A stretch of DNA of 64,000 nt from Selaginella moellendorffii (Eukaryota > Plantae > Lycopodiophyta), in NCBI RefSeq assembly GCF_000143415.4, contig NW_003314298.1, forward strand, positions 1,641,931 to 1,705,930, read 5' to 3'. Positions within the stretch are counted from its first letter, which is position 1; each line of letters starts with the position of its first letter. Positions 54,201 through 64,000 of this stretch are shown piece by piece. Position numbers and translations under genes: made by a program. Under the pieces are notes generated by a model. That model did no database searches, was not told the origin of the DNA, and saw nothing but the letters and a program-made list of their open reading frames with translations.

Positions 54201-57200
54201 TTTCCAATGGCTGATTTGTTATCACTTTGTCCGAAAACCATTCCATTTTCATAAACCAATACAAACTAGTGAAGGGGTTGGAGTTGACTTCGGTTAGCTT
54301 AGACCTTAGTAGATAGTTTGTATGATGCGGCCCAAAAGGGATGCTAACTTTTGGGGCTAAGGCAATTGAGTTGGATAGAGTCTGGAGTTAATATAGAAAA
54401 GTGGCCGTTGCACTTTTCTAGAAAGGTGACCCTTGTGCCTTTCTTTTGTAGCGTTATGCTTAGTGGCAAGTTGCACTTTGCATTTCGTTAGACTCTATGA
54501 GAGTAGTGAGCTCTCACTGATCTTGACTTGGTCTTGGTGGCCCTGCACCTTGGCTAAGAATGGTGATGTTCAACTTAGTTGTTTGAGTTTGAGATGTTGG
54601 TACCCGTACTATAGCTTTGTCTATAAGGAGGTTGTGTACCGACATGAGTCCATCTCATGGTCTTCACTTGAGTTTTGACTTAGTGTTGATCATGTGTAGC
54701 TAGCCTCTTCAAGGCATGCTCAGAGCTAGTGACTAAATGCATTGGTGAGCTTATCACGGTTGAGTTGGATTCGAGTAGTCATTTAGTTCGTGCTTGTCCA
54801 TGAACCTTTATCTCGTGCTGGGGTATTACGTTCATGTTGGCCAAGTATATAACTCGATGACTCAAGTTTAGTGTTCGGGTCTTGTGAAGGCAAGTTGACA
54901 AGTGATTGTTAGTTGCTTGGCGACTAGTGATTGCTTGTAGACTTCATCAAAGACTGTGACACTTGCTTCGCTCGATGAAGATTTAGTAGTGATGGGCTTG
55001 CTTTACCGGATGGTGTTGCGGAGGATCGTGTCGTTAGACTTACATGGGTTTTCCATGTTGGTATGTCGACTCTACCTCTGTCAATATCATTTGGTTGCGT
55101 TTAGTTCGTGGTGTTGGATTTCATAGAGTCTTAGATGTGGTGATTCACTCCTTGAGGAAGTGTTATTTGTGACTGAGTATTGTTGAGAGATTGGTTTCGG
55201 ATACTGAGTAAAGTATCTCCGACTTTGGTTAGCTTGGTTGCTAGAGAGCTTTGAGTGGTGATTCACTCGTGCTTTCTTCTAGCTTTGTTCTAGTGTTGAT
55301 GGTATTGAAGTGATGCCTTATCGTTGACATTGTTGATGTTGAGATTTCAGTGAAATGAGATGTCTTTCTACAAGATTGATGTCGAGTTTCATTAGTCTTG
55401 ATGAAGATAGTGTTGATGATTTGGCTATAGCTCTGTATTATTAGCATTCGCGCATTTGCTAGTTAGCAACTGTGTTGACGTTCAAATAAACTGAGTGGCA
55501 AGTTTGAGTTAGTTGTGTTCTAAACGAGGTTATTTAGTAGGGTTAAGCTTTGGCTTATCCTTGAAAAATGATTCAATTGTGAACCATGCTAACTCTACAA
55601 GCGGAAGAGTTAGTGATTGATATTGGAATGTTTGAATCCTTATTGGATTTGAGTTGGAATATATCAATCATTTGATAATTCTTCTTGTGCTTGTTATGAA
55701 GTGAGTTACGTCTTGCTATGGATGGATTCATGGAGGATTGATTAGATGATCACTTGTTGAGCATAGCTTCGTTATGCTTAGCTTTTGGATTGATGCAGAC
55801 ATGCTCTTCATTAGCTTGGCATTATGAAGTTTAGCTTATGGAAGTGTTGAAGAGGATATTATGGGTTGCACTATGATTTTTCTTTAGCATTGACGTTAGT
55901 CCATGCGAGACTCGTGATCATTATTAGGCAAGACTTGGCTATAAACTTCTTCAAACTTTTGGTTATTTGAGTTTTCATGCTCATTGTTCCATTTGTTAGG
56001 AGTTGTTGGGGAAATGCATTTTGGCTCATTAGCTTCGATGTTGACGTTAGTCTTTGCATCTAGCAATCATTGGTGATGATTGACTATCATCTAAGATAGT
56101 TGATTATCCTTGTCAAGGGTTTTGCTTGATTATTGTTGGTATAGAATGATTTGCTGTTCTTTGGGATGGTAAATTCTTTCTTCAATGATAATTATGCATT
56201 TCTCTCTTGTTAGGATGATTGATGATCTTTCATGGTGGTTATTTGTTCTCTTTGATGGTTTGTGGCTTTTCGCAATATCACATGTTCTTTGTGGTTTGCT
56301 TTGGATTGGTCTCTTGGGTTTGAGACATCCATAGGATGTTGCTGATGCTTGCTTGAGCAACTCTAGTTCATTGGCATTGTTGACCAGGATCTATTCAGAT
56401 TGACTTCTATGATAGTTGGCATGAATGGGTGTTTGTTGGTCTTACCGCATTCATTCTGTTCTGTTGATTATTGCTTGAGTTAGTTCTGATAGGTTGGGAT
56501 GTTATTTCCTTCGGGTGATACATTCGCGAGCATTGTGTTTGTTAGTCAATGATACTTTGTGTCTTTTGAGTTATCTCTAGTAAGTTATTGGCTTACTGTC
56601 TACTATCTTCGGTAGTTAAGTTTCATCATTGAGTTTACTTGATGATATACTTGCTATTGAATTTTGTTGGATGGTGAATCCTATGTTTACAAATTTTGAT
56701 GATCTTGGTGGTTCCTATACTATACTCGTTTATCAGATGATAACTTGCTTAGAATACTTTTGTGTTCTACTCTAAGATTTAATCATTGGTAATTAAGTCT
56801 CTAAGATATCATTGTCTCTGACTTTGATATTGTCCATCTCTTGATCTTTGAGTTTGGGCCAGTAATGGGCAGACTGGCTTCGGCACTTCGTGTGCATGTT
56901 GAAATCTCTAGTCATGGGGTAGCTACTATCGACTGGTCACATAACCCGCCTCTTTGTCGATGTTCCCTATTCCGTTCGAAAGGGCGTGACCGTGTAAACA
57001 ACTCTAACTGCCTGTTTACAGTAGTCTATCTAAACCTTGCCGACGGGTTTGGTTTCTTTGCTCAGGAGGGTTGCGGCCTCTGGCTTCTCTCTCTATGTCC
57101 CTGCGGGCAGGGGTGTATCACACTTTTGTAAGCTGGGTGACTCCTAGAGAAGCAAGGGTGGCTAATTCCGTTGGTCATTTCCTTGTCGGCGACGGCCGGA

Positions 57201-58533
57201 AGGTGTCTGAGCTGGTAGCGCATCCGCGTTAGACAAAGAGGTTGCCTCCTAACTCATTTAAGTTGGTGCATTTCTCATATAGTGTGAGTACCGTGAACTT
57301 TTTCTGGAGTTGTTTCCTTGGCGGTATTCTAGACTCGAGTGTGCATCGACGAGGACGTCGATCTTCCCTAGGGGGGGAGAGTGTCGCGCATGTGACTTCG
57401 GGTATCGAAAGTTACCTGTCGACCAGTCCTTACGGACACTCTTACCTTACTGCCACGATGGCAGGAGGTCGGTATTGCTGGACCCTTTATCAGCCCCTCT
57501 TGTTCAAGTGTTAGTAAACTGGACTTTGCATTTGTACTTGGCCGGATGAGCATAAGGACGGAATTCCTAAGTGTCTATTTAGCCAAGCATACTTGGCCTG
57601 GCTTTTTAGTTCTCTTTTGCTCTGTCTTGCACTGGCTTGACAAGAACCCTCGCGTATTGAGATTGGTCCCTCAATATCGCCGGATGATAGCTTACCGTGT
57701 CTACCAAACACCCTCGCTATCATGCCCTTTGTGTTGGTCTCATTTCGGTCCTAAATGCTATTTATGGAAAGTTTCCAGATTTGCTTATTTGGCATATCTA
57801 CGGAATGTAAAGATCGTCCTGAACACAATGGTGTTCGTCCCGTGTCCAAATTCGCAATCTAAGGACATTCCATATTTAGTAAGTTTCGAGCTTGTCCCAG
57901 AGACTAACTCCTGACACTAAGGGTGGCTTGGGGTGAAAGCCCAAAGCGTGTGTTCCTCAAGGGGGGGGGGGGGGGGGGCTGTGGGGGGTTTCAAATGTAT
58001 AGTAGGGATAGTGGGTAGGTCGGGCATGGCCGACCAACCTGAGGCATAGTCTAGCTCCCGCTTGCGTGCCTGTCTTTGTTCTGCGTCCGGCTTGGGTCTA
58101 AGCCCAAGTTCCATTCCATGCTAGTTGGTGGAGTACCCATGTCCTCGCGTTAGGCCACCGGTATGCCGAAATAGCGCCAGACTCCATTTGGCTCCATTTT
58201 GCGTGCTAGTCCTAGCATTGGGATGCTGGTTACTCTAGGACTGTTCCAAGTCGCTCCGGGCCTATCCCTTCGCTCCTTGGGCTTTATGCTCGGGAGTTGC
58301 TCCGTGGTTCGGTTCTGTCACTCCTTGGCTCCATGCTTGGGAGTTTGGCACTGTTCCTTTGTTCAATGGCCCAAGGCCTTGAACCTTGGGTTCCTATGGA
58401 CACGTGGCATGGACACGTGGCATGTGACACGTGGCATCTGTCACGTGGCACAAAGAGGGTTTAGGTTCCGCTTCGTGGTGTTATCCTATGGTAAATCACC
58501 ATAGGATAAAGGGTCAAAACCACGTGTGCTACA
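51235..58533 (+). mobile_element. Non-autonomous LTR retroelement B, same family as A, opposite orientation (LTRs 51235-52377 and 57382-58533)
   Basis: TG..CA LTRs; PBS TGGTATCAGAG 52380-52390; PPT AGGGGGGGAGAG 57370-57381; perfect TSD TATAG (51230-51234 and 58534-58538). Confidence 0.95.
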
Positions 58534-58538
58534 TATAG

Positions 58539-59120
58539 TGAAAGTTGATGTTTCATTTATTGGAACTGAAAGTTTAAAAGTAGTATGTGAAGTTTGGCCA
58601 TTATAAAGTAAAGTACTTGCAATTCCTGTCCAAGCCATACTAACAACATTTATTTTTTTCAGTTGTAAAATATTTATAAGAGTGTTAAGAAGAAATGTTT
58701 TACCAGTACCACCAGGACCATCAATGAAAATGTATCGATTATGCTCAGTTGGGTGATCAATAACATTAAGAATATCATTAAAAATATTTAACTGATCTTG
58801 ATTAAATTGAGGAATATTTTGTTCAACATTTTGATATATTTGTGTTGAGTTGACAATATTTTCATCATCAAAATTTTCAGACGGCATAGGTAGATGATAG
58901 TTTTGATTAGTTTTGCCATGCATTTTCATTTTAATATTTATATCATATAAAGCATATTCATAATGAAAAATTGGATTTGTTTGCATGAAATCCTCAGAAA
59001 AGAAGTCTTTAAATTTATCCCACAAGAGGTAAGGATCTTTTGGAGTGCAAAAGATACAAAGTAATACAAATAATTATCTTAATTGTGATGGCATTTTAAA
59101 AAAGCAAACATCTTTTAAAC
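58539..59120 (-). pseudogene. Helitron helicase N-terminal part (Walker A)
   Basis: MPSQLR*LF, LWDKFK..SEDF, FNQDQ, FIDGPGGTGKTFL, AWTGIASTLL..GQTSH. Confidence 0.88.
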
Positions 59121-60427
59121 GGCTCATGGGAATTTAAGAGGTAAGTGCTCTTAGTGGCTAGAGTGTTTGTTTATTCTTCTGTCTCCTAGATCATGTAGCT
59201 CCTAATACTTGGCAAGGTCGGGTACAACCCATTGCTGTGTCGCCAATCCCAGTCGAGGAGGTGTCGGAGAGCACCGAGAATTTCGACCAGAGCCATCTCA
59301 TTGGAGAGGGCTCGTATGGTCGAGTTTATCTTGCAAAGCTGCGCAATGGGCAGTCCGTGGCTCTCAAGAAGCTCGATTCGAGCCCGCAACTGCATGAGGA
59401 CTTCGTCTCTCAGGTATGCGCCAGTTCTTCCTAAAGAGTTGTTTGGTGATCTCTCTTCTAAGGTGTCAAGGCAGTCGAGGCTCAAACACGAGAATATGGT
59501 GGAGCTCCTTGGATACTGCATTGACGGCCCTCTGCGTGTTCTCGCGTTTGAGTTCGCGGAGATGGGATCTCTCCATGATATTCTTCACGGTTGGAAAAAC
59601 TTATCTTTCTCTTGCGTTTTTGTTTTGCGATCATGTCTCAAGAGCGTTTACAGGCAGGAAAGGTGTGCTTGGATCGAGGCCAGGGCCTGTGCTGGACTGG
59701 ATGCAAAGAGTAAAGATTGCGGTTGGAGCGGCCAGAGGGCTAGAGTATTTGCACGAGAAGGCCCAGCCACCAGTCGTCCACCGAGACATCAAGTCGAGCA
59801 ACGTCTTGCTGTTCGAGAACTACGCAGCTAAGATTGGAGACTACAACCCGAGCAACCAGGCACCGGACATGGCTTCACGGCTGCATTCGACTCGGGTTCT
59901 GGGATCATTCGGCTACCACGCACCAGAGTGAGTTTCAAAGCGGGAGAAAAGTTGTGTTTCATTCGACGACCTTCGATCTTCGATCTTCGCAGGTATGCGA
60001 TGACCGGGCAATTAACTCAGAAGAGCGATGTCTACAGCTTTGGAGTTGTTCTTCTGGAGCTTCTCACGGGAAGGAGGCCAGTTGATCCTTCAATGCCTCG
60101 GGGCCAGCAAAGTCTGGTGACATGGGTGGGATTTTTCTTCTTCGTTCCCATTTTGTTTTCATTTCCATTGGTAACCCATTCGCTGGCTGGTTTGTTCTTC
60201 CTTTGTCTTAGGCAACGCCGAGGCTGACCGAAGACAAAGTGACGCAGTGCGCGGATCCAAATCTCAAGGGAGAGTACCCTCCTAAGGGCCTGGCCAAAGT
60301 AAGAAGTGATCTCTAGTCTGGAGGCTATTGACAATGGCATTGTGGTTTCCATCTCCAGTTTGCTGCAGTTGCTGCCTTGTGTGTCCAATACGAAGCCAAC
60401 TTCCGGCCAAGCATGAGCATTGTGGTC
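59121..60427 (+). pseudogene. Captured genomic fragment of a PTI1-like receptor-like cytoplasmic kinase (introns retained; no start, C-terminus truncated)
   Basis: [25 protein letters not shown]|[37 protein letters not shown]|[28 protein letters not shown]|ATPRL, FRPSMSIVV; flanked on both sides by Helitron ORF. Confidence 0.9.
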
Positions 60428-63008
60428 ACATTTTTCCTATTCAGTATTATCAGCTATAAGCCCCATTGCATCTACAATTTGTTGAAATGTGTCATAATAA
60501 ATATTGTTAACTGTCTTGAGATCTTTGAAAGACTAAGCACCTTTTTTATGGAGTAAAATAAGACATAAATGATATAGTTCAACATTAGATAGCGACACAG
60601 AATATATTCGGGGAATGACATTTCTTGTATGTCGAATTTGCCAATTATGAGTATAAGGGTTAAATGTATAATATAAAGGGATTTCAGGATATGTATATTG
60701 TCTAGCATTTGGGTCATTTATATTTAATTCAAACCATTTTGTTAACAGCATACCATTTTGAGTAGCTCTTTGAAGTGCTATTTGTTTAGAACCTTCTATA
60801 AAATAGACGTTTTGAAAATTTGGAAGATGGATAGGAAAACGAATTATAAGGGTTGAACGACCATGCATTTTAAATTTAAAAAGTCTCCATATTGCCTCTG
60901 AAGTAAATATATAACATGTATTTAAAAATGTTAAGATTTCATCCCAATTTAAAATATTATCAGGTTGTTGGGTTGTTGAATGGATTTCAATTGTAGCACA
61001 ATCATAACCTTTATAAACATATTGAAATAAATACTTAATACTTTTTATAGTAGCACAAATTTCAATATTAATATGAGCATTATATTTTTTACAAAGGTAT
61101 TTATTATAAGGCACTACCCAATGATTATCAATATAACACCCATTTTTTAGAAATGTACAGCCATTATCAGGTCTATAATAATCTGGATATCCATCAACAT
61201 TAAAAGTAGTTTCATAATTAAATTTTTTTGGATAACCTTTTGAGCAAGTGCCATTTTCCATGCAAAAACTATTAGGGTAAAGAGGCCCACATGGACCATA
61301 TATCATATGAGATATAATTATTTTAGAAATTTCAGGTTCATCTTGAGGATCAAGCAATTATGCCGTTATGTATTGGTCAATAGCATTACAGTCTTTAATC
61401 TTGTTTTCATGAGATAAAATCCCTAGAAAGTGACAATGTGGAAAGCCTCTCTTTTGAAATTCAATTACATATATAAAAGCAATACAATTTCCAAAAATAT
61501 GGTTTTTAGTAATATCATTCAAAAATTCTTTAAGCTTGATATGAAATACTCTAGAAACCAAGTCTGGACAATCCTCAGGGCTTTCATTTGGATGTAAGTT
61601 TTTAGAAATTTCTGGCCATTTGGGATTGCATGTAAAAGTAATGAAAAGATCTAGCTTTGAAAAATGAATAACTATAACCATTGCATCTTGATAATTTTGT
61701 TGCATTGCTCTAGGGCCACCCCTAAAACTTGAAGGTAAAATAGCAATCTTGCTTGGATTTATATTTTCATTAGTAGCACGGTTTGCAACATAATCCATAA
61801 GACTAGTATACATTTCAACTCGCAATTGTTTTTGATGAGTGTGATAGTAATTCAAATTATTGCTTTCAACTTTTACATAAGCATCGACAATATATTGTTG
61901 TGTGAGTTTTCCTGCATGTAAAATTTGATCAAAACCAAAGTGTATTGTGTCTCTTATAGATAAACAATATGCATAATATTGGAGCAATGTAATTCGACGT
62001 CCGAAATTAAAAATATTTTTGTGCCAACCTCTATCACCAAAAGGAAATATTAATGGGTAAACCATTGGATCACAATTATAATCAAGTGTTGAGATACATT
62101 TAGAATTGCTTGCAGTTGGATATATACAAATTTCATGACTATGTGGTGGTTCTCCATCATCACTAACAAACACAACAACAACATCATTTGTCCATGGAAC
62201 ATTATAACGTCATGGATCAGTTCCTTCAGTTTTTAATAACATGTAAACACCACATATAGGATAACCTGAAAGCGTAGTAGAACAAATTTCTTCTTGTTCC
62301 ATTTCATACATCATTTTGAGCATATGGGTTAACATGACGAAGGAGAGCATCAAGATGTTTAAATAAGTTTGTCTCACAGCTTGAATTAAAAGGGTTTTGC
62401 TTTCTTATATTTGTAGCTATTAGAGTATCAAGCATATAAAGTTGTCCATAAGTTCGATATTAACCTTTAGAAAGATGTGCTGAAACAATATTATGATATA
62501 TTTGACCATAGATTTTAAAGCAATAAGGACCATGACCTTTTACAATATCAATATTAGAAGACATAGATGCAAAAGCAAGAGCACTATTGTAATGTCTAAT
62601 ATTTGTTTTATTTTTCTTGTAAAGTGAAAGTAAATCAAATGGTAAGGGTGAAATTGGAAGTAATATAACTTGGTTATTCTGGCAACACATTGAAGAGTTT
62701 TCATCTTTAAAATGCAATGTATTATAAAAAGTACAAACAAATGATAAACTACCAATATTAAAATTTATTATATTAAAGTCATTATAAATGTTATGGCTTG
62801 CTAGTGTGGTATTCATGGGTGGAAGTGGTGGATTTAATATTGCTTGATATATGTAATTGTCATAATGACATGCATGTAAGGTTCCAGATGCTTCTGAATG
62901 TCCAACTGATTGCTGTATATAGTTATTATCATGATTAATATTTTGGTGTATAGACTCATTATCATGATTATTTTGAACAGCTATAGTATGTGTATCATGA
63001 TCAATCAT
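60428..63008 (-). pseudogene. Helitron Rep (HUH endonuclease) region, decayed
   Basis: YNSALAFAS, QQYIVDAY, LPSSFRGGPR.MQQNYQDAM, LFITFTCNPKWPEI, EFQKRGFPHCH, VVPYN, HINIE, KYLFQYVYKG. Confidence 0.92.
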
Positions 63009-63112
63009 AGTTTCAAAGGCATCTAAATCTCCATTAGATTGTGTACTATGTCATATGGTTCTCAAAAGATGGTGGAGGCAAGGCATTTTCAGTCACTTTG
63101 ATTATAGGTTTG

Positions 63113-63114
<2 letters not shown>

Positions 63115-63150
<36 letters not shown>
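63115..63150. repeat. (TA)18 microsatellite at the junction of two Helitrons
   Basis: Directly visible. Confidence 0.92.
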
Positions 63151-63151
<1 letters not shown>

Positions 63152-64000
63152 TAGCAATTGCCCAGCAAATGCTGGGTGGTTGGCAAATTTGATGCCATTT
63201 GAAGAGGTTTTCTAAGCTTAGCTAAGTTTGCTGTTTGATCAACTCCACAATTGAAAGACATTCTCATAACTAAATGTGTTATAAGCATTATATAAGCTAG
63301 ATTAGATAACTGTTGAGTTGCATTGCTCCATTTTGAACACAAAAAGCCCAAAGAATACTTCCAAGTCCATCTTTGGTGCAAGTGTTGGTACTTGCTCCTC
63401 AGCCTGCTAGAGAGGTTCCTGGGATGAGCGAGAAACCATTATATTGCAATGAGAGCTGCACTCAAAAAGCAATAGGATGAAAACTGTACCTCTGCCATTA
63501 GCAACTAAATAGCACATGCCATAACCAAAATGGGACAGCACCCAAGGCACACTTGTCAATGCCAGCTTTGTTGTGGTGTGCATTTGAAACTCACAACTTC
63601 ATGGTTGGATATAGAATTGTGCCATGTTTTTGTCAGTCTACTTAAGAATTTCAGCATAGACTGTATTCACAGTGTAAAAGTGTTGATCATGTGGTATAAG
63701 ATTGCCTTGAAGGGGGGTTGCAAGCACTTGAACACGAAGTTGTTCAGGTGATCTACACCTTGACAGAGCAACATAAAGTTGACCATGTGTGAAAACAGGT
63801 TGGGGGAGGTAAATGCCAACACGGTCGAAAGTTTGGCCTTGGGCTTTAGAAATAGTTAAGCAATAACCCAGACGAACTGGGAATTGTCTTCGAGACATCT
63901 TGAAAGGGATTTCAACATCAGAAGGTGTAAGGGTAATACGTGGAATAAAAACTGCGCGATCCCTTGAATTGTCCCGTGATAATTTCACAATCTAAAACGT
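63151..64000 (-). mobile_element. 3' end of a second Helitron (helicase C-terminus + canonical terminator)
   Basis: RRQFPVRL..CLTISKAQGQT..VFTHGQLYVALSR (63638-63988); minus strand ends CCCAGCATTTGCTGGG-CAATTG-CTAG|T at 63151. Confidence 0.93.

Larger units (their letters stand above)
42721..63150 (-). mobile_element. Decayed autonomous-type Helitron (RepHel) carrying three nested insertions
   Basis: Rep motifs at 60.5-62.2 kb; Pif1 helicase pieces at 59120-58539, 51234-51146 and 43765-42870 join in order; degenerate 3' hairpin CCCAGCATTTGTTAAG..CTCG at ~42721-42746. Confidence 0.85.

Overview
This is eukaryotic land-plant genomic DNA. The ~45-70 bp introns and very short intergenic spacers suggest a compact-genome lycophyte such as Selaginella (inference). 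Positions 1-34.5 kb are gene-dense: CHLM (3' end), SMO2, a multi-CUE Smr protein, a MAN1-like protein, an orphan gene, a TrpRS paralog with every catalytic motif degenerate, NCS1/PLUTO, CYSTM, a tandem-WWE protein, tau GST, CASP-like, MGST3, adenylosuccinate synthetase, a GAMYB-like MYB, an XRN exoribonuclease and STN8. The same region holds two intronless proteins built as MLKL-like helical bundle + kinase + Ig/PH. Positions 34.5-64 kb are a decayed and nested repeat region. It contains an internally inverted phospholipase A1 pseudogene, relic copies of XRN and STN8, and a ~20 kb decayed Helitron. The Helitron's RepHel ORF is interrupted by two head-to-head non-autonomous LTR elements of one family (one TSD complete, one cut by a gap) and by a precisely inserted, intron-containing PTI1-like kinase fragment. 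A second Helitron 3' end sits in a (TA)n run at the window end. The best candidates for novel biology are the MLKL-like kinase-Ig/PH fusions, the pseudo-TrpRS and the standalone tandem WWE protein. Family comparisons are from recalled motifs; no database search was run.
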